Source of the DNA: Desulfobulbus propionicus DSM 2032
Lineage (GTDB): Bacteria; Desulfobacterota; Desulfobulbia; Desulfobulbales; Desulfobulbaceae
Length of the DNA: 32,000 bases
Assembly (NCBI RefSeq): GCF_000186885.1
Contig: NC_014972.1
Coordinates: 510,001 to 542,000, forward strand
Direction of reading: 5' to 3'
Positions 18,913 through 29,539 of this stretch are shown one piece after another. A model generated the notes under the pieces. The model worked only from the letters and a program-made list of their open reading frames with translations, was not told the DNA's origin and did not search any database. Numbering within the stretch: the first letter of the stretch is position 1; each line of letters begins with the position of its first letter. The translations under genes and the position numbers were made by a program.

Positions 18913-19842
18913 TCAAGGTCGGCGCAGCAGCAGTGCCACCCATTCATCCTGGTAGCGGCGATCAAGCGATGCACAGCCAAGGTTGCCATAGACCCCGAGG
19001 ATATTGGCCTCCTGCCCGCCGCGAAGAATGCCGGCCAACACCAAGTGGCCGCCGGCAGCGGTCAGGGCGGCTAGTGCCGGTGCCATGTCCACCAGCACGT
19101 CGTGGACGATGTTGGCGCAGACCAGGGGAAAGCTGCCCTGAATCTGTGTCACCGGTGTGGCGCTGACCTCGATCCGCCCCGCGAGTCCATTCTTTTCGAT
19201 GTTTTCTCGCGCCACGGCCACCGCATCCGGATCGTTGTCGATGGCGATCACTCGCTTGGCGCCGAACCGAGTTGCCGCCATGGCCAGGATGCCGGTGCCG
19301 GTGCCCACGTCCAGGGCCTCTTGCGGCTGAATCGACTCCATGCTGCCTTTGATCAATTCAAGCGCCATCCGGGTCGAGGCATGCTGACCGGTGCCGAAGG
19401 CCATGCCCGGATCCATTTCGATCACCTGTTGTCCGGGGGCAGGTTGATACGCCTCCCAGGAAGGCTTGATCACCAAGCCGGAGACGATCTCGAAGGGTTT
19501 GAAATATTGCTGCCAGCTGGTGGCCCAGTCCTCGTCGGCCAGCAGGGTGGTGGTCGGCGTTTGCGGGACGAGGTTGTAAAGGGCAAAGAGTTCGGTCATC
19601 CGTTCGGTGACCTCGGTCAGGATCTGTTCAGCACTGTGCGAAGGACGCCCCGCATCGTCGGCGGTCAGACGGAAAAAACCGCTGACCAGGGCGCCGGCAT
19701 CGGTTTCCGGACTCTGTTCCACCCCGGAGCCGCTGAGCACGCCCATGAGATCGCTGACCGGTTCCAGTAGGGGAAGGGGGCAAAAGAGGGAGATTTTCAG
19801 CCATTGGCCGGTGGGGGCATGGGAGGTAGTGAGGTTGGTCAT
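18913..19842 (-). CDS. prmA: Ribosomal protein L11 methyltransferase
   Basis: 'DPGMAFGTGQHASTRMALELI', SAM-binding 'ALDVGTGTGILAMAATRFGAKRVIAIDNDPDAV' and 'VCANIVHDVL'. Confidence 0.92.
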   Translation of the reverse strand: MTNLTTSHAPTGQWLKISLFCPLPLLEPVSDLMGVLSGSGVEQSPETDAGALVSGFFRLTADDAGRPSHSAEQILTEVTERMTELFALYNLVPQTPTTTLLADEDWATSWQQYFKPFEIVSGLVIKPSWEAYQPAPGQQVIEMDPGMAFGTGQHASTRMALELIKGSMESIQPQEALDVGTGTGILAMAATRFGAKRVIAIDNDPDAVAVARENIEKNGLAGRIEVSATPVTQIQGSFPLVCANIVHDVLVDMAPALAALTAAGGHLVLAGILRGGQEANILGVYGNLGCASLDRRYQDEWVALLLRRP

Positions 19843-20161
19843 CGACGGTCACTGAAGGGAGTTGGTGGATGGGTGATTGGATGCCGCGCCGGCTTGCGTG
19901 GCACCCGGACAGTTCACCGATCATACACGCAGCGGGCGAATGGGGCGAGCCTTTCTCTCCGGCAGCCGGGCGACGGTTAAAATTGAGGATTGACAAAAAC
20001 ATCGTTAAACGATTACTTACATCGATTGTCGCTGGTCACGGAATCGCCACATGCGGAGTTGCGGCCGACAGCTGGAAAGTCAATGCCGACAACAGCTCCG
20101 GCCGATGCGCGCCATAACGCCGTTTCCCTCCCGTTTGTTCATCTTTTTTTCAGGATGCGCC

Positions 20162-20779
20162 ATGATCGATACCTCGGGACACCATATCGTGTACGGTGAA
20201 TTGCGGGATTACCTCACCGGCCACGTGCTGCCGGACACCGACGACGAACGGGTACGCCAAGCCCTGGCTCGCCGGCTGGTGGAGCAGCTCGGCTATGCCA
20301 GGGAAGAGTTGGAGCCGCGACTGACCATCGATTCCTGCTACAACAACATCCGGGTGCAGACCCTGATCGAACTGACCGCGCGCATTGCGGGCAGGCGGCT
20401 GTTCATCCTCCGTTACGGCCCCGGTTCCCTGGTGACCCGCGAGAACGCGGCGGTCGCGGCTGCCCGCGTGCTGGAACCGGCCTACCGTATTCCGCTGGCC
20501 ATCGTCACCAACGGCCGCGATGCGGAACTGTTGGAAACCGCGCGGGGCAAGGTGCTGGCTACCGGCATGGACTGCATCCCCGACCGGGCCCGCGCCGGAG
20601 AGCTGGTGCGGGAATGCGTTTTCGAGCCGTTCGCCGATGCGGAAAAGCGCGATCAGGCGTTGCGCATTCTCAATGTTTTTGATGTGGAGGTCTGCTGCTT
20701 TGGCAGCAGCTGCCGGCCACAGCCGCATGACCCATCTGATCACGCCGCGCCGCCGGGCGCGGTCGATCATCTTCAGTGA
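20162..20779 (+). CDS. HsdR_N-like (type I restriction enzyme R N-terminal domain-like) standalone protein
   Basis: About 205 aa; 'LPDTDDERVRQALARRLVEQLGYAREELEPRL' and 'FILRYGPGSLVTRENAAVAAARVLEP...AIVTNGRDAELLET..GKVLATG'. The ATG at 20162 trims the ORF track start at 20051. Confidence 0.65.
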   Translation: MIDTSGHHIVYGELRDYLTGHVLPDTDDERVRQALARRLVEQLGYAREELEPRLTIDSCYNNIRVQTLIELTARIAGRRLFILRYGPGSLVTRENAAVAAARVLEPAYRIPLAIVTNGRDAELLETARGKVLATGMDCIPDRARAGELVRECVFEPFADAEKRDQALRILNVFDVEVCCFGSSCRPQPHDPSDHAAPPGAVDHLQ

Positions 20780-20801
20780 ACCTCTAACTGACACGACGAC
20801 C

Positions 20802-22148
20802 ATGGAGAAGACACGCAACTGGAACAAGACAAACTGGCACCATTTCCCCGCCCTGCAGCAACCCAACTGGCCGGACAAGGAACGCTACGACGAGATCATT
20901 CAGACCCTTTCCTTGTTGCCGCCGTTGGTTTTTGCGGGCGAAATCAGGGATCTGAAAGCCATGCTCGCCAAAGCGGTCCGAGGCGAGGCCTTTCTTCTCC
21001 AGGGCGGCGACTGTTCCGAGGAATTTTCCCGCTGCACCGCGCCCAACATCCGCGAAACCCTCAAGGTGCTGCTGCAGATGGCGGTCATTCTCACCTATGC
21101 CGGCAACAAGCCGGTGGTTAAGGTGGGCCGCATTGCCGGCCAGTATGCTAAACCGCGTTCCAGCGACACCGAAAAAATTAACGGGATGGAGATTCCCAGC
21201 TACCGAGGCGACATGGCCAACTCCGCCGATCCGGTGCTGGAGGCGCGCATCCCCGATCCGGAGCGCCTGCTCAAGGGCTACCACCTGTCGGCGGCGACCA
21301 TGAACCTGCTGCGCGCCTTCACCCGTGGCGGTTTCGGCTCCCTGCACCGGGTCCAGGCCTGGAACCAGGAGTTCGTCAAGCAATCGCCCATGGGGCGGTC
21401 CTACGAGCGCATGGCCAAGCAGATCAGCAACGCGCTCAAATTCATGGAGACCATCGGCATTTCCACCGATATCCCGCAGCTCAAGGAGGCTCAGTTCTTC
21501 ACCTCCCACGAAGCCCTGTTCCTTGGCTACGAAGAGGCCCTGACCCGCGAGGACTCGATTGCCGGCGGCTGGTACGACTGCTCGGCCCACATGCTGTGGA
21601 TCGGCGATCGCACCCGGCAGCTCGACGGCGCCCATGTCGAGTTCCTCCGCGGCGTGCGCAATCCGCTGGGCATGAAGGTGGGGCCCAATTACGACAGCGA
21701 CGACATACTCCGCATCATCGAGCGGCTCAACCCGGACAACGAACCGGGGCGGATCACCCTGATCACCCGTTTCGGTTTCAAGGCCATCGAAAAGCATCTG
21801 CCGCCGTTGCTGCGGGCGGTCAAGAAGGCCGGACTGCACGTGCTGTGGACCTGCGATCCGATGCACGCCAACACCTTCAAGGCTGAATCGGGACACAAAA
21901 CCAGGGATTTCGAGAATATTCTCTCCGAGCTGCGCTGCTTCTTCGAGCTGAATTGGGTGGAAGGAACGGTCCCCGGCGGGGTCCATTTCGAGTTGACCGG
22001 TGACGATGTCACCGAATGTATCGGCGGTGCGCGTCAATTGTCCGACGCCCAACTGGGCCAGCGGTATCTGACCACCTGCGATCCACGGCTCAATGCCGAG
22101 CAATCGCTGGAGATGGCATTTCAAATCGCGGAGATGATCCGCAGCTGA
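20802..22148 (+). CDS. 3-deoxy-7-phosphoheptulonate (DAHP) synthase, class II (plant-type)
   Basis: 448 aa; 'LLQGGDCSEEF', 'VVKVGRIAGQYAKPRS', 'LWIGDRTRQLDGAHVEF' and 'CDPMHANTF' are class II DAHPS hallmarks. Start moved from 20520 to the ATG at 20802. Confidence 0.95.
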   Translation: MEKTRNWNKTNWHHFPALQQPNWPDKERYDEIIQTLSLLPPLVFAGEIRDLKAMLAKAVRGEAFLLQGGDCSEEFSRCTAPNIRETLKVLLQMAVILTYAGNKPVVKVGRIAGQYAKPRSSDTEKINGMEIPSYRGDMANSADPVLEARIPDPERLLKGYHLSAATMNLLRAFTRGGFGSLHRVQAWNQEFVKQSPMGRSYERMAKQISNALKFMETIGISTDIPQLKEAQFFTSHEALFLGYEEALTREDSIAGGWYDCSAHMLWIGDRTRQLDGAHVEFLRGVRNPLGMKVGPNYDSDDILRIIERLNPDNEPGRITLITRFGFKAIEKHLPPLLRAVKKAGLHVLWTCDPMHANTFKAESGHKTRDFENILSELRCFFELNWVEGTVPGGVHFELTGDDVTECIGGARQLSDAQLGQRYLTTCDPRLNAEQSLEMAFQIAEMIRS

Positions 22149-22189
22149 GACGGTAGGGATGAACCCGGTCCGGGGGCGGCCTGCGGCAC

Positions 22190-22648
22190 TCAGGCCGTGC
22201 CCGGATCGGCGGCAAACAGGGCGGCGATCTCCTCGCGGGAGGTGAATTCCAGCAGTTGCTGGCGGTTGGCGTCTTGTTTGAGAATCTTGCTGACCCGGGC
22301 CAGGGTGTGGAGGTACTCTCCCCCCTTGCTCGCCGGAGACAGCAACAGCACGAAGAGGTAGACCGAACGGTTGTCGATGGCGTCGAAGTTGATGCCCGCC
22401 TTGCTGCGGCCAAAGCACAGCAGGATCTCGTCCAATCCTTCGATCTTGCCGTGAGGGACGGCCACGCCGTTGCCCACGCCGGTGGAACCCACGGATTCAC
22501 GTTCAAGCAGGACCTTGTAGAGCACCTCTTCGGTGAAGCGGCCGCACTGGGTCGCGGCCAGGCCGGCCAGTTCCCGCAGCGCTCCCTCCTTGGTGGCGGC
22601 CTTCATGTCGAGAATGATTGCGTCTTTGTCTAACCCGGGCACGAGCAC
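22190..22648 (-). CDS. ptsN: PTS IIA-type nitrogen regulatory protein
   Basis: 'KVLLERESVGSTGVGNGVAVPHGKIEGLDEILLCFGRS' contains the phosphorylatable His context of PtsN; adjacent to rpoN. GTG start. Confidence 0.9.
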   Translation of the reverse strand: MLVPGLDKDAIILDMKAATKEGALRELAGLAATQCGRFTEEVLYKVLLERESVGSTGVGNGVAVPHGKIEGLDEILLCFGRSKAGINFDAIDNRSVYLFVLLLSPASKGGEYLHTLARVSKILKQDANRQQLLEFTSREEIAALFAADPGTA

Positions 22649-22660
22649 CGCCTCTTTTGG

Positions 22661-24112
22661 CTAATTGGTTTTCCGGCGGTGCTTGACCGGAAGAATCTTG
22701 AGTTGTTCTCGGTACTTGGCTACGGTGCGACGGGCAACGGTGATGTTCTCCTTGGCCAGCAGTTCGGAAATCTTGTTGTCGCTCAGCGGCTTGGCCGGAT
22801 TTTCGTTGGTGATCAACTGGCGAATTCGGGTCTTGATGGCCTCGGCGGCCACGCTGTCGCCATCGGCGTTGGGCACGGCGGTGCTGAAAAAATACTTCAG
22901 CTCATAGATGCCCTGGGGACAATGAACATACTTGTTCGAGGTCACCCGGCTGACGGTCGATTCGTGCATGCCGATATCCTCGGCCACATCCCGCAGGATC
23001 AGGGGCTTCATCGCCGCTGGCCCGTCCTCAAAAAAATCCCGCTGAAACTTGAGCAGGCTCTCCATGACCCGGTAGATGGTCCGCTGTCGCTGTTCGATCG
23101 ATTTAATGAACCATTCGGCGTTGCGCTTGCTTTCTCGCAGGTAGCCGCGCGACTCGGAGTTGAGTGCGTTCTTCTGCTTGAGCAGCTGCTGGTATTCGCT
23201 GGAGAGCTGGAGCTGCGGCAACCCCTCGTCGTTGAGCTGGATGACAAACTCGCCGTCGATCTTGTAGACGTAGACGTCCGGCGCGATGTAGTTGGTTTGC
23301 TCGTTGCTGAACTCGTTGCCGGGATAGGGGGTCAATTCCTGGATCACGGCCACCGCTTCGGTGATTTTTTTCAGCGGCACGCCGAGTTCTCTTGCCAACT
23401 GCGCGTAGTTGCGCGACTCTAACAGATCCATGTGCTGCTCGACGATCTGGGAGGGCAGAGGATCATCGGCGTCGAGCCGATCGAGCTGCAGAAGCAGGGA
23501 TTCGCGGATGTCGCGGGCGGCGATGCCCGGTGGATCGAGGCTCTGTACCAGCCGCAGCACTCCCTCGGCTTCCTCCTCGGTACAGTGGCCGTAGGCGCAG
23601 ATATCCTCGATGCTGGCATCGAGAAAACCGTGGCCATCGAGGTTGCAGACGATGAACGTGGCCAGGTCGGCGTCTTGCTCGCTGAGGTCGAGATGGGTCA
23701 GCTGCCATTGGAGGTAGGACGCCAGGCCGGGAACAGCGGAAATGAAGTCGAATTGGGAGGGGGCGTCGGCCGGCGGTGTTTCGTGGGAAAAGGCGATGTC
23801 GGTGTCGAAATTGTTGGCGTAATCCTCCCAGTTGACCTCGGCCACGGTGGCCGGATCGTCGCCCTTGATCCGGTCGGTGACGGTGGCTTCGGCCTGGTAG
23901 GCATTCTCCTCCCCGTTGAGGGATTCGGGATTGGCCGGTTGTTCGAGCAGGGAGGGGGCCTCCTCCAGCATGGGATTCTGCTCGATTTCCGCTTGCAGGG
24001 CCTCGGTCAGCTCAAGACGACCGAGCTGCAACAGTTTGATGGCCTGGCGCAACTGCGGCGTCATCACCAGTTTCTGTGCGAGCTTCAGGTTCTGTCTGAG
24101 TTCAAGTGCCAT
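22661..24112 (-). CDS. rpoN: RNA polymerase sigma-54 factor
   Basis: N-terminal Q/L-rich 'LRQNLKLAQKLVMTPQLRQAIKLLQ', C-terminal RpoN box 'ARRTVAKYREQLKI'. Confidence 0.97.
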   Translation of the reverse strand: MALELRQNLKLAQKLVMTPQLRQAIKLLQLGRLELTEALQAEIEQNPMLEEAPSLLEQPANPESLNGEENAYQAEATVTDRIKGDDPATVAEVNWEDYANNFDTDIAFSHETPPADAPSQFDFISAVPGLASYLQWQLTHLDLSEQDADLATFIVCNLDGHGFLDASIEDICAYGHCTEEEAEGVLRLVQSLDPPGIAARDIRESLLLQLDRLDADDPLPSQIVEQHMDLLESRNYAQLARELGVPLKKITEAVAVIQELTPYPGNEFSNEQTNYIAPDVYVYKIDGEFVIQLNDEGLPQLQLSSEYQQLLKQKNALNSESRGYLRESKRNAEWFIKSIEQRQRTIYRVMESLLKFQRDFFEDGPAAMKPLILRDVAEDIGMHESTVSRVTSNKYVHCPQGIYELKYFFSTAVPNADGDSVAAEAIKTRIRQLITNENPAKPLSDNKISELLAKENITVARRTVAKYREQLKILPVKHRRKTN

Positions 24113-24175
24113 ACCGTATCATGTCTGCCGCAGAGGTTTGAGGTCGTCCATGGAGAGGAAAGGAGCCGGATGCCG

Positions 24176-24903
<728 letters not shown>

Positions 24904-24907
<4 letters not shown>

Positions 24908-25461
24908 GGTTTTTTCTTCGATTCCGGGTGAATAACCGCCTTGACCCTGCCTTTGGATTTTTCGTCCTGTTCCACGACCGACCGCTTTTCATTCAGGTAA
25001 TAGGTGATCGTCTTGCCGGCCACCATGTTTGGTCCCTGCCAGGCCTTGGCATTGCCGGTGAGCACGACCTTGCGTTCCTTGGCAAAGTAATCCATGCGGT
25101 CGCCGGTACCCAGCCAATCGCCCTCGCTGATCTTGACATTCTGTTTGCAGATCAGTTTTTCCAACTGGCTGGTGTTCTGGTTGCCCGGCCCGGGCGTCGA
25201 CGGCTGCCCGTCTTTATTCGCTGGTTTTTCACTGTAGAAAACCGTCATTTCCTCGGAACGGATGATCAGGTTGCCCTGGCGGGCATCGACCTTGCCCAGG
25301 AAGACGACCGTGTTTTGATTTTCCTGTGAAACCATGCGATTGGCCTCGATGCTGATCGGTTGGTCAGCATCTTCCACCCCTTGGCAGGGTGCGGCGAGGG
25401 CAAGCAGGAGGATCAGGGTCAGATGGATGATTGGTTTGCTGACAGCAGGCAAAGGCCCCAT
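24904..25461 (-). CDS. lptA: LPS transport periplasmic protein LptA
   Basis: Signal peptide, then 'QPISIEANRMVSQENQNTVVFLGKVDARQGNLIIRSEEMTVFY' and 'GNAKAWQGPNMVAGKTITYYL', an OstA-like fold. Start trimmed from 25524. Confidence 0.87.
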
Positions 25462-25691
25462 GAGCGTATCCTCTGGAGTGCGGGAGAAAAAAGGGCGATA
25501 CTGTTTTGGGTTTGGTTTTTGCAAGAACCGGGGGATATTACTTTGTAATCGGACAAATGTAAAGGGGGAGGAGGCGCGCCGTTCCTCCTTTTTCTTTGGC
25601 CGGCATTGAAGGGTTTACAGGGGGGGGCGGCAGAGGTAAAATGATCGACTTTCAATGAGCGCACGGGGTTGTGCGGGACGGGAGGAAACAG

Positions 25692-26579
25692 ATGATACGA
25701 GAAGAAATCGCCAAGGCCAAGGTATTGGTCGAGTCGTTGCCTTATATCAGCGAATTTCGAGAGAAAACCGTGGTGATCAAGTACGGCGGCCATGCAATGG
25801 TCGACGAGACTCTCAAGCGCAACTTTGCCTTGGATGTGATCTTGATGAAATACATCGGCATCAATCCGGTGATCGTCCACGGCGGCGGACCGCAGATCAA
25901 CCGATTCCTGGAGAAGATGCGGATCACCCCGAGTTATGTTCAGGGGATGCGGGTCACCGACGGCGAAACCATGGATGTGGTCGAAATGGTGCTGGTGGGC
26001 AAGGTCAACAAAGAGATCGTCGGCCTGATCAACCACTGCGGCGGTAAGGCGGTGGGGCTGTCCGGCCGGGACGGCGACCTGGTTCAGGCCCGCAAGCTGA
26101 CCATCCAGGGCAAGCCGGCCGGAGAGGATCGGCCCCCGGAACTGATCGACATCGGCCGGGTCGGAGAAGTCACCCGAATCAACCCCGAGATCCTCGAGGC
26201 CCTCGACCGGCAGGATTTCATTCCGGTGATCGCCCCGGTGGGGGTGGGCGAGGACGGGCAGGCATTCAATATTAACGCCGACCTGGTGGCCGGGGCCATT
26301 GCCGCCGAACTGAACGCGGTCAAGCTGATGCTGCTCACCGATGTTGAAGGGGTGAAAAATCAGAACGGCGAGCTGATCTCCACCATCTACCGCGACCAGA
26401 TCGACGACCTGATCAATGCAGGAGTGATCAAGGGGGGGATGATCCCCAAGGTCAACTGCTGCAAATCGGCGCTCGATGGCGGCGTGGCCAAGGCGCATAT
26501 CATCGACGGCCGGCAGGAACACGCCATTTTGCTGGAAATTTTCACACGAAAAGGGATTGGAACGGAGTTGGTGGCATGA
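25692..26579 (+). CDS. argB: Acetylglutamate kinase
   Basis: '[12 protein letters not shown]', '[18 protein letters not shown]' and '[27 protein letters not shown]'; GGAGGA upstream of the ATG at 25692. Confidence 0.96.
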   Translation: MIREEIAKAKVLVESLPYISEFREKTVVIKYGGHAMVDETLKRNFALDVILMKYIGINPVIVHGGGPQINRFLEKMRITPSYVQGMRVTDGETMDVVEMVLVGKVNKEIVGLINHCGGKAVGLSGRDGDLVQARKLTIQGKPAGEDRPPELIDIGRVGEVTRINPEILEALDRQDFIPVIAPVGVGEDGQAFNINADLVAGAIAAELNAVKLMLLTDVEGVKNQNGELISTIYRDQIDDLINAGVIKGGMIPKVNCCKSALDGGVAKAHIIDGRQEHAILLEIFTRKGIGTELVA

Positions 26580-27772
26580 GCAACGAACAGTGGGCGGCCC
26601 GGGGCAACGCGGTGTTTATTGGAACCTACAACCGATTTCCGGCGGCCATGGTCAAGGGCAGCGGCTGTCGGTTGTGGGATGCGGATGGCAAGGAGTACCT
26701 CGACTTTCTTGCCGGCATAGCGGTGTGTTCGCTGGGACACTGTCATCCCCGCGTTACCGAGGCCATCTGTCGCCAGGCGGCCTCGCTGGTGCATGTGTCC
26801 AACCTTTTCCACACCCAGCCGCAGATCGAATTGGCTGAACTGTTGGTGGCCAACAGTTTTGCCGACCGGGTGTTCATGGGCAACAGCGGCGCCGAGGCCA
26901 ACGAGGCGGCGATCAAGCTGGCCCGGATTTATAGCGGACCGGGCAAGTATGAGATTATCTCGCTCGCCGGTTCCTTCCACGGCCGCACCCTGGCCACGGT
27001 GGCCGCCACCGGCCAACCCAAGTTCCACCAGGGTTTCGAGCCCCTGCCGCAAGGGTTTATCCACGCCGAATTCGGCGATCCGCAGACGCTTGAAGGGCTG
27101 ATCACTCCGCAGACCTGCGCCATCCTGTGCGAGCCGTTGCAGGGCGAGAGCGGTGTCCGGCCCCTGGAGCCCGAATACCTGCAGGCGATCCGGACCATCT
27201 GTGACCGGCATGGGTTGTTGCTCATTTTCGACGAAGTCCAGACCGGGCTTGGCCGGACCGGTACCCTGTTTGCCCACCAGCAGCTGGGCGTCACCCCGGA
27301 CATCATGACCCTGGCCAAGGCCCTGGGCAACGGCTTGCCCATCGGCGCCATGCTGACCACCGAGAAGATCGCCGCCTCCTTGACCGTGGGCACGCATGCC
27401 TCGACCTTCGGCGGCAATCCGGTGGCTGCGGCGGCAGCGGTCGAGGTGCTCAAGGTCATGCTCGGCGACGGATTTCTTGCCTCGGTACAGGCGAGAAGCC
27501 GCTATTTTGTCGAACGGCTCCAGGGGGTGGCCGAACGGTATCCGCATCTGGCCACCGGCGTGCGCGGCCGGGGGTTGCTGCTCGGGCTGGTGCTGAGCGA
27601 GCGGGGCATCGAGCTGGGAATGGAGATCGTCCAACAGATGTTTGCCCAAGGCGCGCTGATCAACTTTGCCGGCAACCGGGTGTTGCGCTTTGTGCCGCCG
27701 CTGATCGTCAGTAACGAGGAAATCGACCAGCTGATCGACGCGCTCTGCCGAGTGTTTGACCGCTTGGCCTGA
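26576..27772 (+). CDS. argD: Acetylornithine aminotransferase
   Basis: '[18 protein letters not shown]', PLP-type '[14 protein letters not shown]' and '[18 protein letters not shown]'; overlaps the argB stop by 4 nt. Confidence 0.95.
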   Translation: MSNEQWAARGNAVFIGTYNRFPAAMVKGSGCRLWDADGKEYLDFLAGIAVCSLGHCHPRVTEAICRQAASLVHVSNLFHTQPQIELAELLVANSFADRVFMGNSGAEANEAAIKLARIYSGPGKYEIISLAGSFHGRTLATVAATGQPKFHQGFEPLPQGFIHAEFGDPQTLEGLITPQTCAILCEPLQGESGVRPLEPEYLQAIRTICDRHGLLLIFDEVQTGLGRTGTLFAHQQLGVTPDIMTLAKALGNGLPIGAMLTTEKIAASLTVGTHASTFGGNPVAAAAAVEVLKVMLGDGFLASVQARSRYFVERLQGVAERYPHLATGVRGRGLLLGLVLSERGIELGMEIVQQMFAQGALINFAGNRVLRFVPPLIVSNEEIDQLIDALCRVFDRLA

Positions 27773-27802
27773 GCCGGTTTCCCGCCGCTGATCGCGCTGC
27801 TC

Positions 27803-28390
27803 GTGGATAGTCTGTCCTTGATGGCTGTCGCCGTGGCTCTGGCCATGGATGCCTTTGCCGTGGCCCTGGCCGCCGGGGCCATCCTTCAGCCGTTGACCTT
27901 CCGGCCCTGTTTCCGTTTGGCCTTCCACTTCGGTCTATTTCAAGCGATGATGCCGGTGATCGGTTGGCTGGCCGGCCTCACGGTGCAGTCCTTTGTTGCC
28001 GCCTGGAGCCACTGGATCGCCTTTGCCCTGTTGCTGTATATCGGCGGGCGGATGATCCATGAAGCGCTGGGGGCCGGAGAGGGGACGGAGCGAACCAACG
28101 ATCCCAGCCGGGGCCTGACCATGGTGGCCCTATCCGTGGCCACCAGCATTGATGCCCTGGCCGTGGGGCTGACCCTGGCCATGCTCGATGTGGTTATCTG
28201 GATTCCATCGCTGGTGATCGGTCTGGTGGCCTGTGCGTTCACGGTCATGGGGCTGTTTCTCGGCACCCGGGCCGGCGCCCTGTGGGGCAAGCGGGTCGAG
28301 GTGGCCGGCGGGGTCATCCTGGTGGCCATCGGCGTGAAAATTCTCCTTTCAGCCCTGTTTCTCGACAAGGCGGTCGCTGGTCTCCTCTAA
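27803..28390 (+). CDS. mntP: Manganese efflux pump MntP
   Basis: 195 aa; repeated 'AVALAMDAFAVALAAG' and 'LSVATSIDALAVGLTLA' aspartate-containing TM motifs. GTG start. Confidence 0.88.
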   Translation: MDSLSLMAVAVALAMDAFAVALAAGAILQPLTFRPCFRLAFHFGLFQAMMPVIGWLAGLTVQSFVAAWSHWIAFALLLYIGGRMIHEALGAGEGTERTNDPSRGLTMVALSVATSIDALAVGLTLAMLDVVIWIPSLVIGLVACAFTVMGLFLGTRAGALWGKRVEVAGGVILVAIGVKILLSALFLDKAVAGLL

Positions 28391-28569
28391 CCCCCTTTCC
28401 TGGTTCGCAATCGTCCGCAATCAGGGCTCCCGAGGTGAAATCCCTTTGCAAACGACCTGTTTTTTTGTATCAGTTGTTTTTTTACCCGGAGAGACATCGG
28501 TATGGCTGGGCGCCTGAGGGCTGAGAGGCGGAGATACGGTGTTGTTCCCGGATTACATGGGATAGCGTT

Positions 28570-29490
28570 ATGAACAACCACCTGTTGGCATTGGGCGATT
28601 TTACTCAGGAAGAACTGCGCGCGTTGATTGATCGGGCCCTGGAGCTCAAGGCGGAAAGCAAGCAGGGTGTCCGTCACCAGCAGCTTGCCGGCCGCAAGAT
28701 CTGTCTGCTGTTTGAAAAGCCGTCGACCCGGACCCGGGTCTCATTCGAAGCCGCCATGTACGGCTTGGGCGGACAGGTTATTTTCATGTCCACCAAGGAG
28801 TCGCAGCTCGGCCGGGGCGAACCGCTCAAGGATACCGCCCGTGTGCTTTCCCGCTACGTTGATGCCATCGTGGTCCGCACCTTTGGCCAAGGGGTAGTGG
28901 AAGAGTTGGCCCGCTACGCCACCGTGCCGGTGATCAACGCCCTTACCGACCTGCATCATCCTTGTCAGGTTCTCAGCGACCTGATGACGGTGATCGAGAA
29001 AAAGGGCACCCTGGACAAGACCAAAACCGTCTGGATCGGCGATGGCAACAACATGGCCAACTCCTGGATCGAGGCTGCCTCGGTGTTCGGCTTTCCCCTG
29101 ACTCTAGCCTGTCCCGCCGGTTTCAGCCCCAATGAGACCATTCTTGAGAAGGCCCGGGTGCGTAGCCCGCTGCCGATCGTGGTCCTGCGCGATCCGGCCG
29201 AGGCGATTCGCGGCGCGGCGGTGATCAATGTCGATGTCTGGGCCTCCATGGGTCAGGAAGCGGAACAAGAGCAGCGGTTGGGCGTGTTCCGCGACTATCA
29301 GCTGGACAGCGCGCTCTTGGCCAAGGCCGACAAGGATGCCATCGTCCTCCACTGCCTGCCCGCCCATCGCGGCGAGGAAGTCACCGAAGAGGTCCTCGAA
29401 GGCCCGCAGAGCGTGGTTTTTGATCAGGCGGAAAACAAGATGCATATCCATGCGGCGATCCTGGAACGGTTCATCGCCGGTGGTCATTAA
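28570..29490 (+). CDS. argF: Ornithine carbamoyltransferase
   Basis: 'FEKPSTRTRVSFEAAMYGLGG', 'NALTDLHHPCQVLSDLMTV' and 'HCLPAHRGEEV'. Confidence 0.96.
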   Translation: MNNHLLALGDFTQEELRALIDRALELKAESKQGVRHQQLAGRKICLLFEKPSTRTRVSFEAAMYGLGGQVIFMSTKESQLGRGEPLKDTARVLSRYVDAIVVRTFGQGVVEELARYATVPVINALTDLHHPCQVLSDLMTVIEKKGTLDKTKTVWIGDGNNMANSWIEAASVFGFPLTLACPAGFSPNETILEKARVRSPLPIVVLRDPAEAIRGAAVINVDVWASMGQEAEQEQRLGVFRDYQLDSALLAKADKDAIVLHCLPAHRGEEVTEEVLEGPQSVVFDQAENKMHIHAAILERFIAGGH

Positions 29491-29539
29491 CACAAAAAGA
29501 TCGAGTAGGCGCCACTGGGAGCGCCGTCAGAGTTGAATT

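Noticed and set aside
26387-27928. 513-aa minus-strand ORF antisense to argD
   Set aside because: Shadow ORF with no recognisable motifs; argD is clear on the plus strand.
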